Assembly: GCA_964016885.1 (NCBI GenBank)
Contig: OZ024742.1
Location: 280,054,001-280,118,000 of the forward strand
Reading direction: 5' to 3'
DNA from: Eledone cirrhosa
Lineage: Eukaryota
Length of the DNA: 64,000 nucleotides
Made by a program: the position numbers and the translations under genes. Every line of letters starts with the position of its first letter. Position 1 is the first letter of the stretch. The notes below the pieces were generated by a model that was not told the origin of the DNA, ran no database searches, and saw only the letters and a program-made list of their open reading frames with translations. This document shows positions 14,052-29,056 of the stretch, one piece after another.

Positions 14052-15091
14052 GATATTGTTATACTTTGGGAGGGTCATGTTGCCAATAAGAAACACACGC
14101 ACCAGTAGTTTTTACTTCAATTTACTATAATAAATTTATAAATTTAGGAATCTATAAATTTATAAATTTCCGGTTGGTTGGTTCCACAACCAGATAGTTG
14201 TTTATATATTGTCAAAGTTCTTTCGTCACACATTCCGTGACCTCTTCAGTGACTGGGGATTATTTTCTTTCTTTTTTGTGCCTCTCCTTTGTTCTGTCCT
14301 ACGCCATCTTGTTTGTTTGTGTGTGTGTGTTGTGTGCTTAGTTTGCGCATGTGTTACATCCGGGTGTCTGTGTGTGTTTATATTTTTTATTTATTTGTTT
14401 ATTTACATGTTACTGGTTGGTTGTTGTTACATGTGCGTGTGTGTTTTCATTTTGTCCTTAATTGTAAGTTGTGATCTTGCTGTTCCACTCATGTTTTCTA
14501 TTTAATTTTGGTTGGAGTTCATTTATGTTTTTTGCCTCTGTGATTTGTCTAAACATTGCGTCTTTTCTGTGTGTAGAATCTATTTGTATTTCTATGTTCT
14601 CTAATTTACACTTATGTTCTAATTTAGTATGTTGGTAGAGTACAGATGATTCCTTACTATCCCGAAGGTCTCGCCAGTGCTCATCTATCCGTTCCCCCAT
14701 ACCACGAGCTGTCTCACCTATGTACACTATATTTTTATCTCTACATTGTTCTTCAGTACATCTTATGCTATATACTACATTTTTAGTTTTACAGTTAATA
14801 TGGGGGCTTAATTTACAGATTATACATTTCTTATATATACAGGGAGGTCTTTGAAAAGTGTATGTCTTGCTAATAAGAAAAGAATCCCCAGTCACTGAAG
14901 AGGTCACATAATGTGTGACGAAAGAACTTTGACAATATATAAACAACCATCTGGTTGTGGAACCAACCAACCATCCGGAAATTTATAAATTTATAAATTC
15001 CTAAATTTATAAATTTATTATAATAAATTGAAGTGAAAGCAACTGGTGCGTGTGTTTCTTATTGGCAACATGAACCTCCCAAAGTATAACA

Positions 15092-15095
<4 letters not shown>
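14052..15095 (-). mobile_element. PLE remnant of a second lineage: GIY-YIG between inverted pLTRs
   Basis: Minus-strand CIYKKCIIC...NVVYSIRC...YIGETARGMGERIDEH...RQITEA...LNRKHEW (14860-14458); 14052-14261 is inverted against 14883-15095. Confidence 0.88.
14891..14933 (+). ncRNA. Type I hammerhead ribozyme (inverted partner at 14210-14253, minus strand)
   Basis: GTCA-CTGAAGA-G-GTCACA TAATG TGTGAC-GAAA-GAAC-TT-TGAC. Confidence 0.85.
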
Positions 15096-15144
<49 letters not shown>

Positions 15145-15200
15145 TATAAAAAGGAAAAAAATAATAATTTTCTTCCTAATAATCGTCTCTTTCTCCCTGT

Positions 15201-15248
<48 letters not shown>

Positions 15249-18200
15249 ATTGTACGCAATCCCAGTTAAATTCTGTACTGTATATGTATAGATATAACTC
15301 GAACGTATACTTCGGTGCCTTAACGCACACATTCATATGTTATATTTAGCTACCAGCATCGGTCTCAGAATTCTGGAAATTAATCAGTCATCTTATGATT
15401 GCTACTACATTTGCATGGCTTCATAAAACCATTAAAAAGGAACCTTTTTTATGTGATTTCTCATGTACATATTTTCTTATGAGGTTCCAATTATGATAGA
15501 AAATCGATATATAAATATATATATATAAACGCTGCATTAATAAATATTAAAAAGAAAATTTATCACTGGAAAACCTCAGTGGAAACAGTTTTGATGACAT
15601 ATGTTGATATTATTACTATAACCTTCATTTCTTTACAGATTATGGTACACATATACAAGTAAGGAGGAACACACCTACATAGATATCTTTTTTATTTGCC
15701 ACTGAGCGTACAAAAATGGGACAAAACGTGACGGCGGGGGTTTTACATAAAAATAACTTTAACATTAATAAATAACAATAAACTATATATAATAAAATAA
15801 CAATTGAAATCCCCAATAGGGGGGGGGGGGGTTACTGCAGGTTTGTTTTACACCCCGTGGTTATAGAACAACCCTCAACACCAGGAACACGTTTTGTAGG
15901 TGTTCCTGTCTTCCCTCTGTTTATCTTCCTCAACCTACAGGTTTATATACAGAGAGGCCCATTCACTCGGGCCATTTTTGCCACATTCACCCACCTTTCA
16001 GCGAATTTACTGGGGTGTAGCACCTCTCTCTTCACTCTCACCTTCCTTCTGAAGTGGTACTTAAAGAAGGGGATGAGTTGTTGTCCGGAGAGAAAGGTGT
16101 TTGCGCTCAGTCCTTTTAACTTCGTCCACCATATTACCTCTCTCGCCATAGCCACCAGAGAGAGGAAAACAGCCTCTCCGTTCTTAAATGAAGGCGGCGG
16201 GGTGATCCTCACGATAGACTCAGCTGACAACTTCATGTGTCCCACACGTGTCAGTAGCTGTTCGACATAATTCAACAGGTCGGTCACCCCTGGGCACTGA
16301 ACAATTGCGTGCAGAACGGTTTCCATGTCCTGCTAGCTCTTGGAGAGGTCCTTTTGGAAGGATCTCTGCCAGGGCGTCCGTGCCCTGGACGGAAACTTCT
16401 CCCGAACAGACTGGTCAGTTCGTCCTTCTCGATGCCTATAATTTCCCCGAGAACGTCGTCGCACTTATCCTCCATTAATCACCTATAGAATGTCGAAGTA
16501 GAGTCTCTGCTGATTACCGTTTCCGCTTGGTAGAGGGCTGTGAGCGCCTGTAGGCACTCGAGGTGCCAAACACCCATTTTTGGCCTTCGCTTGACACAGG
16601 ACTGCAGCTCTGTTAGTGAAACGAGTTGTGGAAGAGCTTGTCGACAGCCACACCGGTTCACCGGTCAGGAATACCTGGAGATGGCGTAGCCTCAGCACAT
16701 GTTTGCGCATCATCAGCCACGGCATGCCCAGAAGGGTATTGACAGCAGATGAATCTCCTCACCAATGGAGCCTGTTTCTTCCAGAGGAACTTGAAGTGTA
16801 GGCGTTCCATTTTGGTAAGGTATTCGTGGGGGCAAGGCACGACTGTCAAGCGGTAGTAGATGACGGACGCTATGTAAGTGTTTGCCACCTCCGCTCGACC
16901 TTTCAAGGAGAGTTTGCACTCAGCCCACTTCTGGGTGAGTGCAAACATCTTCGCCATGACCTCGTTCCAGTTCTTGTCCACCTGGAGGTCTGGACCGACC
17001 CAGACTTCGAGCAATTTCACCGGTCCTTCCGTCCAGCGTCCAAGGACACTGTTGGAAGGCATCGGTTTGCCTCTCCATGTGCCGAGTTGCAAACCGACAG
17101 ACTTGTTTGGGTTTAGTCTTTCTCTTGTCAACGTTTCGTATTCCTGTAATAGGTTGCCGATTACCCTGATTTCCGAGGTTTTCGACACCATTACGGTTAT
17201 GTCGTCGGCATAGGCTGACGCTGCTTTCCGCAGTTCTGGTTTGATCGGGATGCCCTGCAACAGCTCCAATTTCCACAGTAACGGCTCGAGAGTCAGTACA
17301 TACAGAATGGAGGAGAGAAGGCATGCCTGACGGATGGAACGCATGATTTGGAAAGGCTCTGATAAGTAGCCATTCACCTTGACTGCCGAGCAGATGCTGG
17401 TATGCATGGCAGCGATCCAGACTCTGAACACGGGACCGAAGCCGGCCGCCTTGAGAACTACTTCCAAGTATTGATGATCGACCCTATCAAATGCCCTAGA
17501 CTGATCTAAATTGATCAGAGCCCCACCAAAGCCAGGTTTACACCCTACCCTCTCTATGATGTATCGCATGAAGTGGAGGTTGTCGTGTATGGACTTGGTC
17601 GGGATTGCACACGTTTGGGCTTCCCCCACCAGGTTCTCGACGACAAGCGCCAGCCTTGCTGCTAACACCTTGGCCAAAATCTTTAACTCTGTGTTGAGCA
17701 GAGTTAAACTCATAGGGTAGACCATCTAAACCGTGTGATTTGCGTTTCCCGCAGCGGCCTAGGGCATCTTCTATTTCTCTCGCTGTGATCGGCCTTTCGC
17801 AGCTCTCCGCATCCGTGCTCGAGAGTCGGGTACGCCGTCGAGGTAGGAGCTGAAGTCCATCACCTTGCTCGATGTACCGCTTTGCCCGAACAGTTGTGCA
17901 AAATGCTGCTGGAAGGCTGCGCACATCTGCTTGGATTCAAATATAATGCGTCCATCTTTGCCTTGCAAAGACCGAATTGTGGATTTGTTGCCATTTTTCG
18001 CCTTTGCCACTCGGGCCCAGCTAACAGCTTTGGCTCCCTCGTTTCTTAGAGCACGTGTTCTACTTCTGACAATACAACCTTCGTGTTTCACGTTGAAGAA
18101 CTGGTCTAGTGCTGTTCTCGCCGCTAGCACGTCAGCTGTACTACCATTCCTAAGTGCTTCTTCTATTTTAGCTACCAGTTCCTTTTCAGTTTTGTTTTTT

Positions 18201-18417
18201 TCTAAAGCTACTTCCTTGCTAAATGCTATTGATTCTATTCTAATTGCCCCCTTGAAAGAGCTCCACCACCTATTGTTGACGATCGTCCCCGTCAACTGGC
18301 ACTTAACTAAGGTGCTAATCCGTTTACTGTAGGCCTTACGCGCCGAGAGCGACATGTTTAGCTTCCAGTATCCGGGTCCCTGTCTATTTATTCTATCAAG
18401 GTTGAATACGCAGGTGA

Positions 18418-19090
18418 TTAATTGTGGTCTGAATAGGCAACCATGTCCATTTGTGGACAGCTTAATGTTTCCTGATTCTGTCTAATTAAAAATCTATCTA
18501 AATACGATCTAAAAGACACAGTGCGGTTACTCCACGTCCACAGTTGTGCACTTTGGAAGTCTAGTCGATATCTATCAGCCAGTTGGAATTGGCTGATGAG
18601 ATATTTGAGGCTATTACACCCCACTCTATTATCACAAGCTCCTACATAGTCCCAACGTGCGTCTAAGATGCCATTCCATTCACCCGCTAAAACTAAGGAG
18701 CGAGACGTTCCCAGGAATGGCTCCAGATGCTTGAAGAACTCTGGTCGCGATGTCCCAGTCGGGGCATACACGGCCACCAGTCTGAAAGCTCCACCTTCAC
18801 TACCATTCAAGTCCAGGACCCCCAGGCTGCCCTCCGGGTCCAAGTGGACCGTCTGTATTTTGAGAACCAAGTTTTTTCGAAACAGAACAGCAACTCCCCC
18901 TCCACCTTCTGGCTGACAGAGAGATGCGTAGATCTCAAAATCATCGAACATGGGGGATAGCTGCTGCTTGTCGTGAATTCTGGACTCGGTGATGGCTATC
19001 ACATCTATACAATGTGACCTGAGATCATTTTAAAGCTGGCCCTGTTTCCAGGACACGCCCAGGCCACGTACATTCAAACATCCAGCTTGT
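18418..19090 (-). pseudogene. Apurinic-like endonuclease domain of Tx1 ORF2
   Basis: CLNVRGL (frameshifted), IAITESR, GGGVAVL, AVYAP, LAGEWN, WTW, SYLDRF, SDH. Confidence 0.9.
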
Positions 19091-19279
19091 ATAGTCGCCA
19101 TGTTGGTGAAGAAGAGTTAAGGAGAGACAAGTCAGGAACACACACCTTTTGGTTTCTTGGAGGTCGGGTTGTTCGATCTCCATGTCCAGATTGGTGGTGT
19201 TTGGGGAGGGAGGGAATCCTTTTAGCAGGACACGGTTAAGGGGCTTTTGGTAAAGGGGGGGGGGGCACATTATGTGGGA

Positions 19280-20760
19280 AGTTCTCTTTTAAAGTTTCAT
19301 ACTGTAGGATTGTTACCCTGATAAGTTTGAGGTTTGCGGGTGGGTCGTTGGTGGGGAAAGTTTTCCCTTCCGTTTGTATTGTGGGGTCCTTTCGGACAGT
19401 TTCCACCGGTTCTTTGTTTCTTGTTTTTATGTATGTATCGTGTGTTTTGTTTTTTATGTGTACTGTTTCTGTTTGTTGTTTTCTTTTTGTGGTTGTGGTT
19501 TGTGATTGTGGTGGTGTGGGTGTTTGTTTTGTTGGTGAAGTGTTTGGTTGTGTTGCTGGTGATTGTGTTGTTGGTGTGTTTGTCGTTTGTGGCGGTGTGT
19601 TTATGGTGGGGTTGGGTGTGTGCGTTTTTTCTGTAGATGTTTTTGTGTCTTGTTTGTGTCTTTTTTGTTTTTTGGATTTTTGGGGTTCCTCTTCATTCTC
19701 ACTTGGGGATGTAGAGGTTCCCGTATCTGAGACTTATGAATCGGGGGTAGATGGGAGTGGTATGTTGTGTGGTAGAGTGTTTGTGCAGGTGTTTGTGGAA
19801 ATATTTGACAGGGGGGAAGAGGCTATGGAGGGTTTTTCAGTGGGATTTTGTGTGTGTGGTTGTCTCTGGTCTGTGGTGGTGTGGGAGTGGATGTTGCAGG
19901 TGTTTGTGTTGTGTTTGGTTTGGAGTGTTGATGTTGGGGTTTTGGTGTTGGTAATAACACCTTGTTTGTCCTCGGTTTGTTTAAGAGAGGACAAAAGGCC
20001 TTTAAGTGTGTGGTTTTCCCACACTTATGGCACTGAGGTCTTTTTCCCTCCACTAAAATGGAGATGACATCTTCCTCAAAGACGATCCTGTCCTTATTTT
20101 TTCAACTCTCTCTGGCCTCATTTGTACCAGAACCTCGATGCAGGTTCCAAATCAGTTATGTCGGTCTGTCCTGTCTACAGATAGGAGGATGTCCTCATTC
20201 TTCTTCAGAATGCAGCGTAAAATCCACCATATGTTGACCACTGCTGAGATCCTGGTTATTTTGATTTTTTAGGATCTTCTTCCCATGTATGTGGGAAGAA
20301 GATGTGTTGATCCGTTTTTATTGGATGAACCGAGTATTTTTGTGCCAGAGTTTCGCTCTTAAAGAGCACTGACACCCTTCCATACTGTTTACCTCTTTGG
20401 AGGTATGCCACGTCTGGCTTGATGTCTTTTAGTGCTGCTTGCAGAGTGCTTGTTGGGAGCGTTATGGGTTTTTTGGTAGCGATGTCAACTGTTCTATAAA
20501 TTAGCTTCTTTTTCTGTGTCATCTCTCTTACTTATGGGGGAATGTGTATGTGTGGGGTGTTTCCCTCAAACGTCACATAGTTGGAAGCTTCTTCCAAATA
20601 TTGGGACTTTTGGGAAATATCCATGGAGTAGTATTTAAAATCCTGTTGTTTAGCAACTGTTGCTGCAAATGAAATTTTGTTATTGTTGTTGTTGGTGGTG
20701 ATGATGGTCTCATTCGTTGTGTTGCCGCTGATTCCTTTTGTTGAGTTGTTGTTCTCATAT
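19280..20760 (-). pseudogene. Tx1 ORF1 remnants with a gag-like zinc knuckle and a Thr/Pro/His-rich linker
   Basis: CHKCGKTTHLKAFC matches CX2CX4HX4C; split across several frames. Confidence 0.8.
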
Positions 20761-21242
20761 ATTGTGTTGTTGTTGGTTGTGGTGGTATTAGTGTTTGCTA
20801 CATATACTTCCTTCTGTGTGTGGATACATGTGACGTTTGTGACGTCAGGCGTGTTCAGTTGCTTACAAGCAGCTGAATGTTGTTCCTCTTCTAAATGTTG
20901 GCATTCCTTTGTCTGCTACTACCTGCTGGTCAAGTAGGCGTGGCTTTCCCTTCCCATCTTCTTGTTTTGACAAAGAAGTAGGTGCCTTGCTTCAGGCATT
21001 TTTTTTTTATTTGAAGTGCTTTGCAAACATTTTTTTCTAAAATACTTTGGATGTTTTTGCCCTGAGGGGCACGATATTTTGGGAGACTGAAGAGATCAAA
21101 ATTTGACCTGTCAGTCCCTCTATAAATTGGTATAAAAATACAAGTTCACAATGACGAATTTCTAAAGAAATTTAAACAAAACTTACCGAGCAAGTTTAAC
21201 ACATGTGTCCATCCCAGAGTAAGGTAAAAGGTACATAGATAT

Positions 21243-21727
21243 GTTTCTTTTTATTTGCCACCAGGGCATAAAAAAGTGGGACAAGTACAATGGGGGGAGT
21301 TTACATGAAAAGGCGAGTAAAGAAAATATATAACAAATATAAAATTAACAATAAACTTAACAATAAGTCCTCAATAGGGAGGGGGTGTTGGGGGGGGGGG
21401 GGAGGGGGGGGGTCACACACATCCCCGAAAAAAGTGTGCAACCCCTTCCCCTCAGGAGCACAGAGAGAGGGTGCTCCCTCGTTCCTTCCTCTTCTCCACC
21501 TACAGGCTTATGTAAAGAGAAGGCCCATTCACACGGGCCATCCTCGCCACTTTCACCCACCTTTCATAAAAACGACTGGGGTGGAGCACCTCTCTCTCCA
21601 TCCTGATCCTTCTTCCGAAATGATATCGGAAGAAACGGACCAGTTGTTGGCCAGAGAGAAAGGTGCCTGACCTCAGTCCTTTCAGACGCGTCCACCAAAC
21701 AACCTCTTTCACCATGGCTATTACGCA
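21243..21727 (-). mobile_element. 3' fragment of another Tx1 copy, directly adjacent to the long copy
   Basis: AMVKEVVWWTRLKG...FLSGQQL...RWVKVARM matches the ORF2 C-terminus; same 3' end. Confidence 0.88.
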
Positions 21728-22149
21728 CAATGTAAATAGATAGCAGAAGGATCAGCGAAAGAGCAGCCAAACTAGTCACAATTAATATCCTATTACCTTG
21801 AAAACTATTGAACATGGTTTCCGATGTACATTAAACCTCAAAGCAATGTCATACCATTCAGGCTTGGAATACTATTTGATCCTATATCCTGCTATAAGCA
21901 GTCACATGTTTAAATTAGATTAACAAGGAGGTAAACAGAAGAGATTCGAATAGGTAATGACATTCAAGCATTTTTTATATCGATTCTTATTAAAAATTGT
22001 TATGAAGGTTATGTTCGCCGAAAAATTTGTTGCATCGATACATTTTCTTAAACAAAATATTACAGGATTTGTCCATATAATGATAATATAATGTTTATAT
22101 TCTCATTTTATCAGTATTTCTGAAGCTGAGGATTTCAAATCAGAGCGCA

Positions 22150-22720
22150 GTGTGACGAAACATTACCGAGATATTTGATACGACGCTCTAACGACTTAAC
22201 CTAAAGATTTAATGTAAATTAAAACAAAACATTTTGTACGACGCTCTAACAATTCTCTCAAACATTTAATACTGATTTCTAAGTTTATATACAAGACCAG
22301 CAATTTGTTGAGATGGGAAAGTCAACGAAATTATTTCCACCAATCCCATAAGGATGACCACCAAAGTTGACCCTGGTGAGATTTGAACTCATATAAATAA
22401 ATAAAGAGCCCGATTATATAACAGCTAAAAAATCTCTACATGACTCACATCATTCTGCCAATACCCCACCTCGGCTTATCTATTTGAAAATGGATTCTGA
22501 TTTAGGTACAAGTACAGAAAATTCGAAGTGGGAGAAATCAAATTAAATCAAGCCGAGACTACTACTCTGTCTACAAACCCCAGAAAGATAAATGCCAACG
22601 TTCGCGTCAGCACTGATTTGAACCGAGAACGTGAACTCCCTTAACAAAATGCCGGACTGAATTACAGCAAAAAATGTTCGTCCGACGCTCTAACGATACT
22701 ACCAATATTTTATCTTGGTT
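22150..22720 (-). mobile_element. Cluster of degenerate tRNA-SINE fragments
   Basis: AAAGTTGACC...ATTTGAACTC (reverse B-box) and repeated GACGCTCTAAC; similar to the 61340-61530 family. Confidence 0.55.
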
Positions 22721-23186
22721 TATCTAATCAATAATTTAAAAAGAGATAATAGACTGCACCTACACGACAGATCTTCTATTATATTTTTGTCAGTATCTCT
22801 CATTCTAATGAGAGTTAAAAGAAATGTGACATTTTTCCTGTGATTTGTTTTTTGTCTGTGAATTCGTTAATCACAACACTATACCATTCAATGCAACCTC
22901 TTCGTTTCACACTCGTCTCAATCACGACCGGTCCTCCATAAATTATTAACTCATACGTCATTCGCATGGCACGCTCTTATAGACACCAATCACTACCCAC
23001 TATACATACATCTTTCTTAATGAGCGTAACAGTTGTTTTAATTGATACTTCATTGGTGAATCTCGTCTCTAGCACTGACGGATTTAAGTAATGACCTTAA
23101 CAAGTACGAGAATAGAATACAATAGATGAAGTGACAGCTATTTTATACTTTTAGACATCTCTCTCTCTCCCTCTCTCTGTATTTAA

Positions 23187-23252
<66 letters not shown>

Positions 23253-23255
<3 letters not shown>

Positions 23256-24200
23256 ATAATAATAAAATTGAAGACTAAAATCCAAAGAGGGCTCGATAAG
23301 GAAAATATATATCAAATATATAAGAACCGTAGAGCAAATATTTATTAAAATAACAGATTAAAGTTTAAGCAAAGAATCGCTGCTTTCACCCTTAACGGGA
23401 TCATCTGAAACTAACAAAGTCAAACTGTAAACGCAGAACTGGATATTTCAAAAAACGTTGCAGCCGGAGGAAGACAGGAAGACGATACTTTGGTTCGTGG
23501 TAACGTTCGCTGGCAAAGAACGGGAAAAAACGAATAATACGTCATTAATAGGAGCGGTGAAAAACAATTACGCGCAAAGACAAAACCACGTTTATGGTAT
23601 AAAAGAGGTCGTAGACTAATGTTCTCTTAGTACTAACTGTAATTGTAGGAATCAGGCTGATTGCCCCCTATCCGGGAAATGCCTCTCTAGTAACATTGTC
23701 TACAAATGTAAGGTTGTAACACCCACGTCCCGTAGGGCCTACATAGGGTTAACCGCCAATAGTTTCAAGCAGCGTCTTTACATGCATACCCATTCGTTTC
23801 GTTACCCTCTAAGAAGGAATATGACGTCACTTTCAGCTTATATCTGGAGTCTAAAAGACAACCACACCCAATATAAGTTACACTGGGAGATCCTAGCTAG
23901 GGCTCGATCGTATAACGGAAATAAAAGACCATGTGATCTCTGCGCCGCTGAGGCCCTGGAAATACTCTACGCTACAGACCACATCTGAAAAAAAAAATCT
24001 GAGGCAATTTCGGCTTGTAAACATAAATTGCACAAAACTTTCCTGTATTACAGCCCCACGTTATACCCGAACGGATAGCACGATCTATACGTGGATATTT
24101 TACGTCTTGATGTGGGAACTAAGTATATGTTTTGTTTATTCCTTTACTTATTTGCTTAGGTAAGTATATATTACCCATATGTTTTGTTAAGGTATGTATA
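23253..24200 (+). mobile_element. PLE GIY-YIG remnant preceded by an inverted degenerate pLTR
   Basis: 23635 onward NCNCRNQADCPLSGKCL...IVYKC...YIGLTANSFKQRLYMH...TSLSAYIWSLK...WEILARA...CDLCAAE; degenerate minus-strand HHR (CAGATGA-TCCC...GGGT-GAAA) at ~23375-23410. Confidence 0.85.
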
Positions 24201-24202
24201 CC

Positions 24203-24284
24203 TTCACTCTTAGTACGGCACTTACTTAAATGTAAGTATGTATGTATACGTACATACATATACGTATACAGACGTACAGTAGCA

Positions 24285-24326
<42 letters not shown>

Positions 24327-24917
24327 TACATACAGGTACACATACATATATGTACGTATCAGTTTATCGGACGTTTATTATAACGCCCGCTTTGTCCGTT
24401 TGGAAACAAACTGACAGCCTGAATTTATGCCGTACGGTGTTAAGGCAACCACGTCACCTTTTTGTTCAACACTGACACAGGAACGATGTACTAGTTTCAA
24501 GCTTCTTAGCTATCATCGTATACATACATACTTACATTTAAGTAAGTACCGTACTAAGAGTGAGAAATGAAATTTCGTTTTCATTTTATTACAACTTATC
24601 GCTTTCGGTGCGCCTGGCCGACTGAACTCACTCGATATGCAAATTAGGCTGCTCAGCCGTTAATTTTCATAAGGAAAGTATATACTTTCGAACGTTCAAC
24701 GATCTGGCAGAAGGATATACGGTGCTGATGATAGCTAAGAAGCTTGAAACTAGTACATCGTTCCTGTGTCAGTGTTGAACAAAAAGGTGACGTGGTTGCC
24801 TTAACACCGTACGGCATAAATTCAGGCTGTCAGTTTGTTTACAAACGGACAAAGCGGGCGTTATAATAAACGTCCGCTAAACTGATACGTACATATATGT
24901 ATGTGTACCTGTATGTA

Positions 24918-24973
<56 letters not shown>

Positions 24974-25492
24974 TGCTACTGTACGTCTGTATACATATAT
25001 GTATGTACGTATACATACATACTTACATTTAAGTAAGTGCCGTACTAAGAGTGAGAAATGAAATTTCGTTTTCATTTTATTACAACTTATCGTTTTCGGT
25101 GCGCCTGGCCGACTGAACTCACTCGATATGCAAATTAGTCTGCTCAGCCGTTAATTTTCATAAGGAAAGCATATACTTTCGAACGTTCAACCATCTGGCA
25201 GAAGAGTATACGGTGTTGGTGATAGCTAAGAAGCTTGAAACTAGTACATCGTTCCTGTGTCAGTGTTGAACAAAAAGGTGACGTGGTTGCCTTAACACCG
25301 TACGGCGTAAATTCAGGCTGTCAGTTTGTTTCCAAACGGACAAAGCGGGCGTTATAATAAACGTCCGCTAAACTGATACGTACATATATCTATGTGTACC
25401 TGTATGTATATATGTATATATATATATATATATATGCATGCTACTGTAATTCTGTATACATATATGTATGTACGTATACATACATACTTACA
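24203..25492. repeat. HHR family G locus: one inverted partial unit plus two tandem ~490-bp units
   Basis: 24203-24517 minus; HHR cores at 24725 and 25216 (period 491, including an internal TA tract). Confidence 0.9.
24719..24761 (+). ncRNA. Minimal type I hammerhead ribozyme (family G)
   Basis: ACGGTG-CTGATGA-T-AGCT AAGA AGCT-T-GAAA-CTAG-TA-CATCGT; predicted cleavage after GUA at 24755. Confidence 0.9.
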
Positions 25493-25581
25493 TATATAAA
25501 ACATATATATATATAAATTATATGTATATATATATATATATATAAATATATATTATATATATATAATATATATATATAAAT

Positions 25582-25672
<91 letters not shown>

Positions 25673-25714
25673 TATATTATATATATATAAATTATATATA
25701 TATATATATATATA

Positions 25715-26208
25715 GTTTTAATATAGATGAGATTCTACAGGACTAGAACTGTTTCATTCTTTAGAAATCATCAGGAATCTGGGTATCAAAAAATAAGTAT
25801 GGTATTTATAGGTCTCTACATGTGGTGGAGAGGGTGGGGAGTGGGATGGGTGTAGGTCATTGGTTGATAGAAAAGGGAATTCATTAAAAGCTAATTCTAC
25901 AAAGCTATAGTTTACTTTTGTTACTCTAAAAACAAAAATAAACTATAGCTTTGTAGAATTAGCTTTTAATGAATTCCCTTTTCTATCAACCAATGACCTA
26001 CACCCATCCCACTCCCCACCCTCTCCTACCACTTGTAGAGACCTATAAATACCATATTTATTTTTTGATACCCAGATTCCTGATGATTTCTAAAGAATGA
26101 AACAGTTCTAGTCCTGTAGATTCTCATCTATATTAAAACTGTTATACTCTGCAATGTATTGAGTACCTTACTTACTGTGGTTACCTCCGATTCAACCCGG
26201 AATAACGC
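25715..26208. mobile_element. HHR family A fold-back: ~200-bp arms plus a ~70-bp tail
   Basis: 25715-25913 is inverted against 25939-26139; CTGATGA-TTTCTAAAGAAT-GAAACAGTT...AACTG-TT on the plus arm; TA flanks. Confidence 0.9.
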
Positions 26209-26336
26209 ATATATATATATATATAAATATATATTATATATATATATATATATATAAATATATATTATATATATATAAATTATATATATATATTATATAT
26301 ATATATTATATATATATAATATATATAATATATATA

Positions 26337-26912
26337 TACATTATGAAGAGAGAAGAAACATTTAGATATAATTAGTAATAAAATGTATCATACCTAAACT
26401 GCTCCTAAATTCCTCGACTACGTAGTTTCGTGGCATAAACAAAAACAATATATCAAAGATATAGAGTCATTGCGAGGTCTGCCGACTTATCAAGAGGATA
26501 CCTCATTTTACTAGTCTTAAGAACGCGTCTACACGACGTGAGAAAGAATCCCAAAAGGCGGAGGGGGAGATAGTCACGCGATATAACGGTCGAGAAACAG
26601 AGCTAAGCCTCCTATAACCACGAAGAAAATACCACGGAGGCGGAGGGGGTATTCATATCGAGGCCGTAGAAGAGGTAGTGAAGAAGGCGAGAAGTATGAG
26701 TAATGGAAGCTTTCCAGTTGTCCCCACACTTCAAAGATTGCTCGACCAGAGGGAGTTATTAATATATTTAGAAACACACAGATACATGCGGACACACACA
26801 TATATACATGAATGCATCCGCACCCAACTGGCACCCTTAACTCACAGTTGGGTGCGGATGCATTCATGTATATATGTGTGTGTCCGCATGTATCTGTGTG
26901 TTTCTAAATATA

Positions 26913-26917
<5 letters not shown>
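26337..26917. mobile_element. HHR family H copy (minus-sense, with a short inverted end)
   Basis: Near-identical to the 595-bp unit; U3-A8 HHR at 26411-26498 on the minus strand; inversion near 26830. Confidence 0.9.
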
Positions 26918-27005
<88 letters not shown>

Positions 27006-27055
27006 TATATTATATATATATATATGTATTATATATATATATAGATAGATATATA

Positions 27056-27409
27056 CGATATTAAACAAATGGAAATTACATTTATAAAACCATAATTATT
27101 TCATTATATATATATTTCAGGGATATCATATTAAAATATGGTATGCCCTCTTCAGACAAAGTACAATATATAGACAGTTTTATAAATAAATTTGACATAC
27201 CTTAGAGTTTACAACTTCGATTTAAAAAGTTGTTACGGTATTTTAATATGATATCCCTGAAATATATATAATGAAATAAATATGGTTTTTTAAATGTAAT
27301 TTCCATTTGTTTAATATCGTAAAATACTCCAAAACTTGTTGAGTGCTTTTATATCAGTTATAAAATATTTACTCGTTGTAACCCAACATTTTAAATAAAA
27401 CTTTTGCAG
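27056..27409. mobile_element. HHR family B fold-back with tail
   Basis: 27056-27140 is inverted against ~27238-27319; minus-strand CTGAAGA-GGG...CCC-T-GAAA; homologous to 46905-47353. Confidence 0.82.
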
Positions 27410-27455
27410 ATAGATATATATATATTATATATATTTATATATATAAATATATAAA

Positions 27456-27522
<67 letters not shown>

Positions 27523-27564
27523 TTATATATATAAATATATAAATATATAATATATATATATATG

Positions 27565-27675
<111 letters not shown>

Positions 27676-27739
27676 ATATATAATAATATATATATATATA
27701 ATACATATATATATATAATATATTTAATATATTGGTACA

Positions 27740-28860
<1,121 letters not shown>

Positions 28861-28875
28861 AAATAAAATATATAT

Positions 28876-29027
<152 letters not shown>

Positions 29028-29056
29028 TCGTATATTATATATATACATATATATCC

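Larger units (their letters stand above)
15687..21231 (-). mobile_element. Near full-length, decayed Tx1-clade LINE with 11-bp TSD
   Basis: ORF1 remnants ~20930-19280; ORF2 with APE, RT (AYADD) and C-terminal motif ~19090-15900; TACATAGATAT at 15676-15686 and 21232-21242. Confidence 0.92.

Noticed and set aside
14881-14970. N-terminus of the 170-aa ORF 14458..14970
   Set aside because: It derives from the inverted pLTR arm; only ~14860-14458 is GIY-YIG.
19327-20067. 246-aa Val/Cys-rich plus-strand ORF
   Set aside because: Antisense shadow of the low-complexity Tx1 ORF1.
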